Positions 23,558 to 37,282 of a DNA stretch of 64,000 nt are shown here, one piece after another. Under the pieces are notes generated by a model that did no database searches, was not told the DNA's origin, and was given only the letters and a program-made list of their open reading frames with translations. The stretch is taken from positions 23,810,001 to 23,874,000 of the forward strand of contig NW_024704742.1 of the NCBI RefSeq assembly GCF_018977255.1, in the 5' to 3' direction. Origin of the DNA: Callorhinchus milii (Eukaryota). Both the position numbers and the translations under genes were made by a program. How positions within the stretch are numbered: position 1 is the stretch's first letter; the number at the start of each line of letters is the position of its first letter.

Positions 23558-26299
23558 TGAAGCTTAATAATTAATAATAATAATAATCCTTGTATTTGAT
23601 ACAGCGCCTTGTCATGCCTTGAGATGTCTCAAAGTGCTTCACAGGATAGACTGTAAATTGGTGTGTTTGTGTATTTTTGTATCCTCCGCTATACAAATGT
23701 AATTTTGTTGTTGTTGTTGTTCATTTTGCGATCTCTGCTGCTTCTAAAGTCCTGTTCTCCTGACATCTGTTTATGTTAAGTTGCAGCTTTCAGGAGGAAT
23801 GAGGAGAAAACAAACGTGGGGTATTTGAGCTTGTACTCGACAGATGTGGCTCAAACAGCCCTTTTGGTCCAAGCTTTGATGGCAAGACAGAGAGGTGCCG
23901 TTGCCATCGGAGGTAATGGCCATAACCCCCTCCCCTCCGCACATCTGAAGTGGATCTGTATCCCACCTCCAGAGGTGGCGTTTTCCTGGTGCCCAGCCGA
24001 CTGCCAAAAGGTGCAATGAACACCACGGTATCCTAACAAAAAGCAGAGGAACAGTGCACCCCATGAAGGACCATCTATTGGGGGGGGTGTGGGGAGGAAG
24101 GAGAGAAAAAAAGAGGTCACGATTCACAACTTGAACGACTGCCCACAAATGAATAATAATTCTTACATTTGGTACTGTGTTTGGAGGACATCCTTAAGCG
24201 CTACACTCTAAAGTGGAGTGGCTGCATGTTTTGTGGCCAAATGTAGCAGCTGATTTATGCACAGCAAAATCCCACAGGCAGCCATGAAATGAGTGAAAAA
24301 ATTTATTTGTGGGATTGTTGGCCAGGACCGGGAGAAACTGCCTTCTCTTTTCAAATAGTGCCATTGGATCTTTACCGTCCACCTGAACAGGCAGTCAGGA
24401 CCTCTGATAAATGTCTCATCATTTGCACACACCCACAGCAATGCATTGGTAGTTCAGTTTAGACCAGGAGACGGGATGGGACTTGCTCCCTCAGCAGAAC
24501 TGTGGCTATCTGAGAACCGGTTTCATTTGAACTGGTTCTGAAATATACTGCACTGCTAAGGGGGATTAAGAAGGATCATATGAGCTGTGAGTTGTTGCTT
24601 GGCTAATGAGGTATCCATTTTGATGTTGTCTTGCCTCAGCAGTTAAGCAAATGATTGTTCAATGCCTGGAGCCTCCCCAAACATGTGACTTGAACATTGA
24701 CATAAATCAACTTTGAGTGCACTTTGACGGTCTGTTTCTCAGGTCTTTTCATGTGGTATCCAGGCAAATTCACGTTTGTGGTCTCTGGTAATCAAGAGTC
24801 TTGAACCGTTTCCAGCTTCTGGTTTGGATTACAATTCCCAATCTTTTTTTTCTTATATTCCCAGAAGTGAGGAAGGAATATTTCCAAACTACTGTAGTTT
24901 TTTAAGAGTTAATGCTCCTCCACCAACACAAGATGGGCATGAAAGCTACTCCCTCTAATCAGACAAGGCTAAGATCTGTCAGTGCGATCGCCGATGAATA
25001 CATCTGTAGAACAAGGGTTTTGAGGACCAGGTTGATCAGGATTTATCACGCCACCTTAATAATAATAATCCTAAATTTGATATAGTGCCTTATTACGTTG
25101 TCAAGATGTCTCAAAGTACTTCAGTGGATTTTACTGTAAAGTGTAGTGACTGTAAATGTAGGCAAACATAGCAGCCAATTGCACACACATATAAAAGGGG
25201 TAAAATTCACAGGGTTTAATTCCATTCCTAAGCTAAAAAATAAATGTAGTTTGACAAGGCAAGATCATAACACCTCTCTTTAACTTTAGCTTTTTGGTTT
25301 GTTGGTTGTCATTGATTTACGTAGAAGAGGCCCAGACTTAAAAGTCACCAACTGGAAGCAAAACACATGAAGCTGCATTTGTGCCTATTCCAGTCAAAGA
25401 AGGGATTTGGATTTAAATCCCTCAGGCATTGCAGTGTTTTTATTTGAGGGTGGCTTCCACTGAGGTGGATGTCTTGCGTTGCTGTAATATTATTTAGTTA
25501 TCTCCCTTAGCTGCGCCTCACTGCACCCAGGTCAATAATACCGCATCAGGTGCTCAACAGACTGACAGCACCGCTTAAAATAAAGCAGGGTCTTTCAGAC
25601 ATCTGCCCCTTAACATGATATTGTATTGGGTAACTCGTCAAAATGTTTATTGAGCGGTGGTAGTCACTCAGTAACACCGGAGTTAAACAAATGTATAAAT
25701 ATTATGAGCTGGCTCTGTCTAACTATACTTGTATTAGTTTAGGAATAAATCAATCAAAATACAGGAACATTTCAACCTTCAATTCATTTTAGAATATGAC
25801 ACGTCAGAGAGAGATAATGCCTTAGGAGATTAGGGTGGTGAGATTCAATGAGGGGGGAGGGAGTGATAATGTCTTCGTTTTTATATATATAAAAAAACTA
25901 ATGAATATCAGACCACACTGTAGTAAACCTTATACAGTGCAGGCAGCGGTGGTCAGGAGCTGTAATGCACAGAAATTACAAGCCTCATTAAATCTCTTCA
26001 TGAGGGTTGGGTGGTGAAAAAGCATTTAAACATTTGAAAGAAAACTCTTTGCAGATCGCTTCACTGCCAGATATGGATCATGAGCGTCCCAAGGGAACCC
26101 AGTTGCACACTCCTTTACAGGCATGCTTGCTAAAGTGGAGCTTGTTTTTGTGGTAACCACTGCTTTTGTTACTATGCCTTTCATCTATGCAATCCCAGTT
26201 TCACCCACAAATATACAGCCAATTCACTTTACAGTATATTCTGTGAAGTGCTTTGATGTAGCGCTATATTAAATGCAATGATTATTATTATTGTATACT

Positions 26300-26603
26300 G
26301 CTCCTTGTCTCTTCTTACCGAGACTACGGAGGAGTTGAAACAAGCTGTCAGAGATGCATTTCGCCTTGTCACTCCACCCATGTCAAAGGAGATGTTGCAC
26401 TGAACATGGCGATGGATCATTGTCTGCCATGAAAATGATAGCGCTCACATCGATCCTCAGGTCGTCTAAATACAGTTAAACACTTGTGCTGAATATAATT
26501 AAGTATTTCTAAATACAATTATCATCATTCTTCCATATGTTTCAGCTGCTGGTTAGTGCTCGGTAGGGAAGAAGGGGTAACAGAACTTTGTGGCCACCCT
26601 GTA
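26300..26603 (+). mobile_element. Tc1/mariner-superfamily DNA transposon, right-end relic
   Basis: 26323-26469 reads TTEELKQAVRDAFRLVTPPMSKEMLH*TWRWIIVCHENDSAHIDPQVV*, followed by terminal …aactttgtggccaccctg+TA. Confidence 0.7.
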
Positions 26604-26972
26604 GAAGAATAGATTGATTCTAACATCCAAAAATTGAATACACTCTGATATTGGATGGAAATATCCAATTTAAATTGATGTTTAAAGGGTTAAGCAGTTT
26701 AAATATATATTGTGTACTGTAAACTGTATATACTGTGTACCCCAAACTCCCAAAGGCTTTTTATTTTAGGGAAAGATGGCGTAATAATCCTAATTAACAG
26801 CAGTCTTCAAGCCTTCAGACTAAAAACAATTTGTGTATCTATTTGGACTACACTTTCTGAATGCCAGCTGCCTGGCAGATCCCTAATTGGTGGTTTTAAA
26901 ATATACTGCAGTGATTTCCTCTGTTGTGCTGCTTAAATTTATAAGATTAATTTTATTTATTATCTTTAAGCG

Positions 26973-27450
26973 TCAGCCTGGTTCAGTTGATATCACTCTT
27001 GCCTCCGAGTTCAAGGCCCACTTTGGGACTTTGTTGCACTGTTGGAGGTTCCTTCCTTCGAATGAGATGTTAAACAGACGTCTCATTTGCCTGGTGGATG
27101 TTAAATAATAATAATAATATTTTTTGCATTTGATATAGCGCCTTATCATGTCTTCGAGATGACTCAAAGCGCTTCACAGAATATACTGTAAAGTGAATTG
27201 ACTGTATATTTTGTGGGCAAAACAAAATAGATCACATGACACTCTTCAAAAAGAGAAGGGAGTTTCTCCTGGTGTCCTGGCCAAAATCCCTCAAACAAAA
27301 TTGATCATTCAGTTTGTGGCAATTTCTGGAACATTGCTGAGTTGAAATTGGCTGCCAACATGTTTGCCTACAAATACAATCAATACACTTAAATAAAATC
27401 CCGTGAAGCTCTTTGACATCTCGATGAAGTGATAAGGCACTATATCAAAT
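26973..27450 (+). mobile_element. Deu-domain SINE with a nested antisense SINE tail (27106-27229)
   Basis: Deu-like core ggaggt..cttcgaatgagatgttaaac…gagaagggagtttctcctggtgtcctggccaa, split by the insert. Confidence 0.7.
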
Positions 27451-27589
27451 CGAAAAAGAGATCTTCAAAATTCTAAATATGAAGACGTTGTATAGCATCT
27501 GCTCATGTCAACATCTTAAAGTGCTTCACAATACAGGGCTGTCCGGGCCTTCGAGGCAGGGCAGTGGAGAGAAACAAGGATGATCCATC

Positions 27590-27985
27590 AGTGTTAGAGG
27601 AATGAGCTACGATTATGAGCAACGGTTTAGACAAGCTAGGGCTCTTCAATCTTGAGAGAAAATGATTCAGAGGGGGTCTCCACAGAGATGTATAATATTT
27701 TAAATGAGTTTTTAAAAAAAATGATTGAAAAAAGTAAACCCAGATCAATACATCAGGATGTAAATATACAAGTTTAAAGTTGCAAAGGACAATTTCAGGC
27801 CAGATGCCAGGAAATTTTTGTTTGCCCAGAAGGTAATTAATGACTGGAGCAGGTTGAGGCCAAGACACTAGGCTTGTTTAGATAACATCTTGATGCAGTA
27901 TCAAGGGGAAGTAGGGTGGGTGTTTTGGTTGGATTGGATGGGCTGAAGGGCCTTCTTCATCCGAACCAATCTTTGGTTCTTTTAT
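27590..27985 (+). mobile_element. CR1 LINE 3' end
   Basis: SYxxRLDKLGLFxLE-like segment and terminal hairpin gatgggctgaagggccttcttcatc. Confidence 0.7.
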
Positions 27986-30900
27986 TACTGTCAAATGTAT
28001 TTTTTGTAGGTAAACACAGCAGCCATTTTTGCATAGCAAGTTCCCACAAACAACTATGAGGTAAATGAACAATTTATCTGCAGGATCGCTGACCAGACCA
28101 CTGGCAGAAAGCCCAGTATCTACTCTTTTTGAATAGTTCCAAGAGACCGTTAAAGCCCACCTGAACTGACAGGGAGGATCTCATTTTAACATCTCATTTG
28201 AAGGGCAGAACCTCTGATGATGCAGCGATCGTCCAGCATTGTCAGCCAAGACTTGCAACTCAAATCCCAACACAAAGCTTGAGTCAACAAGCTCCTGTCC
28301 AGGAAATCATGGTACTGACTTGAGCGAGACCGACTGGTGTCAACCTAGCCTACAAGCACAAGACCCAATTGTACTGCGGTTGTTGCAGCCAGCCTAAGAA
28401 AAAGGTCCAGGAAATGGATACTATTACCATTTTTGTGCAGAAATGCAAAATTGTATTAGGCAATTAATGCAATCCATCTCCAAAACATGCTCCTGATTAA
28501 ATAGGAACAGACTTTTAAATACTGGTGAAAATATCTGTAGTTGCTTTTTCAGTGGTTTGGGAATTGTATTCCCTCCCAGATGCATCCTTTCAGTTTGCAC
28601 AGCAAACCTATCAAGTTGGAACCAAACAGAATGATAAATGCTCTTATTAATGATCCAACAAATACTTTGGAGACCAGGCAAGTTGTTTCTTAGTCTAGGC
28701 TTATTTTTGCCATCCATAGAGATGCAACATTTCGAGTTCAGTATATTTAGGAGTGAAAAATGAGAATTTTCTTAACCATCGCAATATGATATCAGATTGC
28801 ATATGTTCTGAAAATTGCATTTCTCATCCCATGGGATGAAGTGCTACTACAATTCATATTGGGAATGCAATTGAATCTGGGGTGCAATGGTTGCGTGTGG
28901 TTCAGAGGTATTTTCCTCTCTCTTACTCCCCCAAACCGCCTCCCCACCCACCTACCCGGGATAATAATCTCTTAAAAAAAATAATTTGATCACTCAATTC
29001 ACGACTGTTTGTGGGACACTGCTGTGCACAATTGGCTGCCGCGTTTCGCCCATAAAAATATACAATCAATTCACTTTTACAGTATCTTCTGTGAAACTCT
29101 TTGAGACGTGACAAGGCGCTATATCAAATGCAAGGATTATTATTATTTTCTCCACTCCTTTTCTAAAGGTACCATATTTCCACGTGTATCAGCCACCTTC
29201 TGGTACCTCACATAAGTGGTCATTCTTCAGGTGCAAGTCTGGACTGAACATCAGGAGTCGATTGTACCACGTTGGTCATTGTGGTTAACCCTGAATTTAT
29301 CCTCACTTGATGTCTATAGAGGTGGTGGGGTTTACTGAATCATGCTTTATTTTCCCCCAGCACTGGAACTAGGTACTGTATAGCCCACTAGTGCCATCCA
29401 GACATTCAACAATCAATTCAACAGGATAAAGATGATTCTCTTCATGTTATATTGATAATAACCATGACCTTTCCATACTTAGCCAATGATATCCATAATC
29501 CCTACTGCTTTTCCCTTAGAAGCATATCAAAGTAACCTTCCTATATGGACTATGATAATAATCTTCCATTGGGCATAGTACCTTATCATGTTGTCAAAAT
29601 GTCTTAAAGTGCTTCATAAGAATTTCTGTGTGTAGTGACTATGTGTTTGCAGACTAAGGCAGCAGTCAGTTGAAGTACAGCATTATCCCACAATTTTATC
29701 TGGGGGTAAAGCACTTGATAGGATTTACTGTGAGGTGTAGTGACTGTGTATTTGTAGACAGACTCGGCAACCAGATTGTACATAAATGTATTCCACAAAT
29801 AGCTACAAAGTGAATGACCAATTTTTTTTGTGGGGTGGTGGGTGGGGGTTGGGGGGAGATTGCTGGTCAGGACACCAGGAGAAACATCCTTCTCATTTTA
29901 AATAGTGCCAGGGGAGCATTAATATCCACAGGCAGAAGGGACTTTGGTTTCCTGTCTCATCTGAAGAATGGCACCTCCAACAATAAAGCACACTCCCAGC
30001 ACTGCATTGGAGTGTCATCTTTGCATGTGAGCTCAGAGTCCCCATTTGGGGCTTGGATCCACAACCTTCTGAGTGATGTGGATGTGTTGGTTTTAGAATT
30101 GCAAGGTCGATATGTTCTCTAATTCTATTCATGAGCTTTATATGTTCCAGTTAGATGCAATGACAGGCATTGTGCAAGACAAATGCACCTTTGAGAAATT
30201 TTGTGGTTGATCTTAGTGGTGTGCAGCAACAAATTTGGATTCAATGTATTAGTGGTAATTTACTGTAAGCGTGAAGTGTCCTTTGTTTTCAGCCAGACTT
30301 GCTAGATCAGGGTAAACAATATAATATAATAATAATCCTTGCAATTGATACACCATCTTCGAGATGTCTCGAAGTGCTTCACAGAATATATTGTAAAGTA
30401 TAAATTGTGGGCAAAACGCGACAGCCAATTGCTCACAGCAGTATCCCACAAACAGCCGTGAATTGAGTGACTAAATTATTAATTAAATGGAACCCTGATA
30501 TGTGCCCCTCTTGCTAAATGGTCGTCTGTTGGAAGGCACGCGAGAAACCTTGCAGAACTCTTTGCCAAATTTGGATTCAAATTCAGCAGAAGAAAGGAAA
30601 CTGTTATTTTTCAAACAATTGCCTTATTTCAAATATAAATTTTTTCTGTTCGCAGCTTTTAGTTCACGTCTTAATATGATGTTTGACTGAGCAATGCCTT
30701 GAATAAGAATAACCAATCCGGTGTTTCATCAAATGAACTAATAGCTGTTAGCAGTTGAACACCGATTTTCCAGGGATGCTGGTGATTCTCTGTGGATAAA
30801 GATGTTGTAGTTTCAGGAAAATTGCAATTTCTATATTTGGATTGAAAAATTGCTCTTCTGTTGCTTCAAGCACTTTGCATTGGGTCGAGCCATGAGCCAC

Positions 30901-33677
30901 GCATCCTATTGTATTGGAAACGTTGAGTCTTCTTATACCCTCTTGTGCTGTGAGAGGTGTAGCTGATCCCATTAGGATTCTACATGACAATACTCTCTCT
31001 GTTTCTCCATTGCAATATTCATGAGAGGTGCAAGTGTTTCATTTCCTAGTGTCAGCCAGGCTTCATTTAAAGTTCAACACATTATTTGGATCGATACAAG
31101 TTATTATTTTTTAACAATTATTCTGAATTATACTGTTCTGTTTTAAGAGGAACTGGAGGGTTAAATTGCTAGCCTTGCCCCAGATCACAATGGTGTAAAC
31201 TCAGACTCTGAGCACCATCTTTTAAGTGATGAATTTCGGTTGTGCATGTGCGGTCCTCTTGCCTCAGGGTAATTTTAATCTGGACTATAGATTACTTTCA
31301 ACAGAGAGGTAATTGGGCTGGGTGGTCATAGGAGAGCCTGTGCCTCTACTGTCTCAGCTAAGTGATTGATATATTTTTAAAAAATGTTTCGGTGGAAAGT
31401 TTTGAGTAAAATACACAGCTATTAACTGAGCAAACGTACACATTTTGGGACCCAGAAAAATGAGATCATGTAAAGGAAATTACAGCAGTGTTACAGCACT
31501 CAAAATCAAAATAGGCAATGAGAGTGTTCTGCAAACCGGTTAAACCAAGTGCAAAGAGTACGTACACAGGAAATCATAACCTCTGAATTATGTCAGGCCT
31601 TTTCATTGGTTGTTCATTGCATTGTTAAGGATACCTGTAATTCCCTCTGTGCATATGGTTTACATAATCTCGCATAATAGAACCCATTGTCTTGGTGAGG
31701 AATGTTTGCATGGAATATAGGTGGCAACAGGTCAACCTCAATGATGTAATGCTCCTATAGGGCTCCAGATTCTCTTTCTCCCCTCCCGCCAACCCCATTA
31801 TTCACTGGGTTCATACAAGGCATCCCAGTTATCGAGCACTTTGCTAGATTTTTTTAAAAAAAAATTCTGGTCAGCCCGGTGTTGGACACGTGCAGAAACC
31901 CATTACCATGTTTAAGAGTATTCAAACCAAGCTGAGAATTCCATGCATCCCGCCTACACATGGAAATCCCAGAGATAGATTGGAATGCTGGAGGGACTCA
32001 TCCTGCTTATCTAATTCCAGAAAGTATTAGGTGCAAGTTGGCAAGAGCCAAGGCTCGGGGATCCCAGAGTGTGCGTTGAGGTACTGAACCAGCTAAAAAT
32101 CCATAACTTACTATTGATATAATTGTCTGGCAAGCTTTCCTGTTGCTTGTCCAGCTGGGATCACCCTACCCTTTAAGGCTTTGGCTTGCAGGAGCTGAGT
32201 GGGAGGATTCCTTGCCCCCCGTGACTGGTCTGCCCTTTCAAGTCCTGCCGATGAGCCAGGACTGTCATCAGCATTGCTCTGGAATACTGCAGACCCACCT
32301 GGCTCACAGGTGACACTTTCAGCAATGTAATGTCGGAATCTAGCCAGCCCTCTGGGGCCGTCTCAATAGTCCGGGTCCTGGCTCAGCAACCAGACTATCG
32401 AGAACGCCCCAGAGAGCTAGCTTAATTCTGGCATTACGTTGCCAAATGTGCCACCTTCGAGCCAGTTGAGCTCCGAGGAGACCCTGTTTACCTCCTCCCC
32501 GCCTCCCCCCGCCCAGCATGGGTTTGAGATTTCAACACAGGCTGGTGGACCCGTGGTTTCTAAATGTTGGGTAGATTTTTGACGTATACTGGCTGCCTGA
32601 AAAACAGCCAACTTCTAGGTCGTAGGATTGCCACCCACGTCACTTCCTACAAAGTGCGATCTGTGCTATTCCTAAGAAGCGCCACTACATTACTTTCTGT
32701 GCACTGCACATGTGCGCTACATGCAGGAAACACTGCTGATGTCACTTTGCACAGCAAGTGATGTTAGTTGTGATCTGATGTCCTGAGCATCAGTCATCAT
32801 TTCCCACTCTATTTTAACATAGCCACTGAGATAATAGACCCATGCGACCATACTATAACAAGAAGACTTTTCTTATACTTTTCAAGAAGATGGAGAAAAG
32901 ATGAAAAAATAGACAACCAATTTATTGCAAACTCCTGTACCAGCTCATAAATGATTTGATGCATGGAGTCGAGACCAACAAATCAAGGTTGAAAACAAAT
33001 CTCATCTTGAACCCTGCAGACCTTTCCCATTTCATAACTCCTTTAGGTGCGCCAATAAGCTGTTAAGAGTCAGAATCTCATTCCCTGGCACCTGTTCATT
33101 GTCTGATAGTTTAGTCTGCTCTGGCATGCTCACGTGGTGACTCTGCTAGAATAACTTTCTTCAGGACTGGTTGGTTGATAAAATCTCTATGGTTCAGGGC
33201 CCCACTTAGCAAGCAGTTGACCTTCTTACTGTGACTGCCGCATCAGATGGAACAGAAACCGGAATCAATTTATTAAGAAAATTCCATTGTGTTTTGTTCC
33301 ATATGGAGTCATTGATTTGTAGACTAGGTTTTGTAATTGTGAGTCATTGAGACAACATAAGAACATAAGAAATTCTAGATGAACAAAGATCAAGGTCCAT
33401 CTAGTTCGCCTTCCACCTTCCAGGCAGTTGCGAGACAAGTAACATCACAAGTGAATGTTGCTGCACGTTCTGAAAAGATCATCTATCCTTCTTCTAGCTT
33501 CTAATTTATTTATCTTCTTATACTAATAAAACCACAATGTCTGTCTGTGCTTCAAGAAGGATTGACATAGAAACATGATTTATACGTCATCGGAAAGATC
33601 TTGGATCTGGGAGTGACGTGGGCATATTGGTTTTCGGGCATTTCCTATTGTTCATCAGTTATTTCCAGTTTTTTTTA

Positions 33678-33837
33678 CTGTAGTTACACCTGGTGGTTGC
33701 CGAGTTGAAGTGGCGCTGTGGCATCGGGCGTCACAGAGCACCTACATATGTAGGCACACACTGCAGTTACACCTGGTAGCTTTATCAGCTGACCGTGGCG
33801 CTGTGGCATCCTGCGTCACAGAGCACGCATGTAGCCA
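33678..33837. repeat. Two-unit direct repeat of about 83 bp
   Basis: agttacacctggt…gtggcgctgtggcatc..gcgtcacagagcac occurs twice. Confidence 0.8.
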
Positions 33838-36644
33838 AGCGACAGGAACAAAATAAAGAACACAGACGAAGCTAAACCGTGGCAACAACAACAAAGTTAA
33901 ATTTTTAAAGCGCCGAGTCCTCCCACTGAGTCCTTCCAAAAGCGGTCCTCCCACAGGAGTGGTGATTGTCTTTGTTTTACTTTTGACATGTTTAAAACTC
34001 CTAATTCTTGTTCCCCAGTCTGTACTGTGTCAGCTGATCACTGGCAGTAACAGTGGCACTGCACCTGGCTTCAGTTTATCTTTGTTAAAGAGAAAAAAAT
34101 AATCAGAATTCATCCCCCGTGTGAAAATGTACATCACAAACATCCTCGGAAACACTCTCATGCAAAATAAAATGTCCGTTGACTTCCACTGAAGGACGAG
34201 AGTTGGTGGTTCTAAAAGTAATTCTTTTGAACTGAGTTATGTGCACCATTCATTGCCAGTGGTAGGGTGGGGCTTGATGTGCATATGGGTAAGGCACATT
34301 GACTTTCAGGTAATGTGTCAATCCTGAACCTCAGAATGGCTAAGAAGGACACGGTTCAGATCTCCATTACGTCAGCTGATAAGAAAGTGCTCTAAGAGTG
34401 TGCATGTTAGTACAGTGAGTACAGAATATGGAGTGCCTCTGTGTTGCTACCAATATCGTAAATTGCATGCGGCACAGTGCACTCTTGCCAAAGTAGCTTT
34501 GGAGAGTTTTCTGCTCTAAAAGTGGTGAAAAATAAGCTGGTGCTTACCAGAAACTGGAATGGAACGATACCCTTTAGCGAACGCTCTTCTTAATTCAACT
34601 AATCTTATCCATCATATAAAATGGAGCAACAATGACAAGATTATATTTGTATAGTGCCTTTCATGTCGGGAGGACATCCCAAAGGAGCTGGAAGGACAGC
34701 AAACTGGTGAATCGTGAAGTATTTTTGTGATAAAATGCCTTTGATTTGCTGCACGATAAGAAACGAGCCTTTTTAAAACGGTGGGATCGGCAGAAAGAAA
34801 TGACCTTTGTGTCAAATGGAAGAAATTGAGCGAGATTTTATAAATGTATTTTCAAGTAAGTAAGTAGGTCATAAGTGTCCCAGGTTATTTACTGTGTTTT
34901 GTTTTGGTCATGGGTCCATATTTAGCAAGGAATTTTAAACGCTTCTTCACATGTGAAGCCATAAAGCAGTGCAACAAGCAACTTTGACAATTCATTATTG
35001 GGGTTAAGCAGTGGAGATGCCAGAAAGGTACTGTGCAATCTGTGAAATGCAGAAAGAGGAGGCTGTGTGTTTTAAATGATTTACTTTATTGCGGCAAATT
35101 GACAACCGCATTGTCTTCCTCCTTCTTGAGAAAAATAGCTACTGCTAGTGAATAGGTTCATGTCTACAACAATTCAACTATATAAGTGTAAATATCCGTA
35201 GTCCATGTGTTCCTGGCGATCAGTGACAAAACTACAGTGTAAATCAATCCTGCTAGACAAACAGCTACTTAAAGGTACCAAATGTTTCCTGTCACCAATA
35301 TCATTGTGGTCATGTTGAGGCTGTCTGATAGCTTGTTAAATGTCCTCATAAATTCATGCTGTCTTTTTTTATTTGATAACCATATGGAGAAGGAGCACAT
35401 GCATGCAGTGCAGAAAAAGCAGCTTGCATCCACATAAATTGTGAAGGGGTGGGGGGGGCAGTTGAAGGAGAGGGATATTTTTAAAATACCTTGTAGAATT
35501 GAAAACATTCCCTCTTGAAAAAGCTCAGCTGCCTGAAAATGAAGTAACCTGCCTACCTTTTTTATTTTATTTTAAATAAGTCAACATGTATACTTTTTAT
35601 TCCCCCTGAGCCTAATTTACATTGTGAGAAGCAAACGTACCTTTCACTGCTCCACACTGTGGTGGTGTAAACTGAGTGACAGTGATTAGTGAATGTCCCT
35701 GAACTGTGACATTTGCTTTTGTGAAAATAACACTGAGATCCTGTGTTCCAAACAACATTGGTGTTGCGGTGTGGTGGTGGGAGATGTAATCACTAAGTAT
35801 TCACTAATTATTTTAATCATTTTTTTCAACTCCTTAGTGAGTTGGAACACTGTAGACGAACGCACTGTGACCTCTTTATTTTAAAAAGAATTGAAATGAT
35901 TCACCGGCCTTGGGAATATGTTTTGATACATGAGGGAGGGAAAAGCTCAGGGGAATCTCTTGTGCTCTGAGGCCGGATTTAATATCTCCTAGTGCACAGC
36001 GATATTAAATGTTCCATTAGTTTATTGATCATGTGACGATATCCTTTTGATCGTTGCACTGTTTCTATTGATGCGCGAAGGGAAGGAAGCTTTGAATTAA
36101 AAATGTGTGGACTCTTGGCATGACGTGATGGTGCTACAAGCAACCACTTCTCCTCTGCCAATTGCCACGTGACTATCGGGGGCATCCAATTGCTCTGCTG
36201 AAATTGGCAGTGGAATGGGAGGTGGCCCGAGTTACTTTGGCCCTCCGTTACTCCCTTCATCTATTCAATCCCTAAGGCCGGGGTGAGGGTGGTGGCTTCT
36301 GCTTGGTCACTTATCGTTAAAGGTGTAGCTCAGATTTTGGGAGCTCGATGTGAGTTCTGTCTAATCCCATATTCAGGCACCAAATGTTCTGCTGCCCTCA
36401 AATTGGACGTTAAATATCCCAAGACCTTATTTCCTCCATAATCCGGTCCAACAATCCTCGAGTTAACCTTGCCTTTCACCTCATGACTGTGTGACATTGC
36501 CTTGTGTAAAATGTAATTACTGTACTGTGAAGAGGGTTTAAGAGGTTTCAACCTTATAAAAACAGGTTCTTCAAAGAAACGGCAGTGTGAGATTTTTACA
36601 GCACAGTTATTTCTAAAGTAAACATCTTTATTTGTCTTTCGCAG

Positions 36645-36763
36645 GTGGAATGAACAGAGAATTGTTTGATGAGAATAATATTGAAGATGCCATTCTCCCT
36701 TGCTGATGATATCTGAACTGTGAATCTCTAGTAGTGGTTTGAAGGAGCTATGCTTTCAGATCG
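36645..36763 (+). other. Candidate non-coding 5'UTR exon of FHIP1A
   Basis: Strong acceptor ctttatttgtctttcgcag| and consensus donor CG|gtaagt around 119 nt of non-repeat sequence, 5 kb upstream of the ATG exon. Confidence 0.6.
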
Positions 36764-37046
36764 GTAAGTATAGTATTACCATTTCCTGCTCTTAATAATG
36801 GTAGGTAACAATAATGACAATCCTTGATTTTGATATACAGTACTGTACTTCCTTATCACGTTCCCGAAACATTTCAAAGTGTTTCGCAGGATTTACTGTA
36901 GTGCAGTGACTATTTTTGTAGGCTACCTTAGCTACAAAATCAGAAGTTTGTTCAAGTTTGGATTGAAAGTTCTGGTTTCCTTTAAATAAAACGTTTGAAA
37001 GAGGATTTCAACTGAACTTGGTGTTTATTGTGTATGAAGTATCAGT

Positions 37047-37282
37047 CCAGGTCAGTCGGTAGCATTCTCACCTCTGAGTCAGAAAATTGTGGGTTCAAGT
37101 CCCGCGTGGGGCCTTTAAACTTACAGTCTTGGCTGTAACTCCAATGCAGTGCTGGGGATGCAGTGCATTGTCAGAGGTGCCATCCTTCAGGTGAGATATT
37201 AAACTGAGGTCCCATAGAGGTGAACGTTCAAAACGAGAAGGGAGTTTCTCCTCGTATTCTGTCCAATAATTCCCCAAATAAG
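37047..37282 (+). mobile_element. Deu-domain SINE (head plus core)
   Basis: ggtagcattctcacctctgagtcagaa…ggttcaagtccc…gtcagaggtgccatccttcaggtgagatattaaac. Confidence 0.7.
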
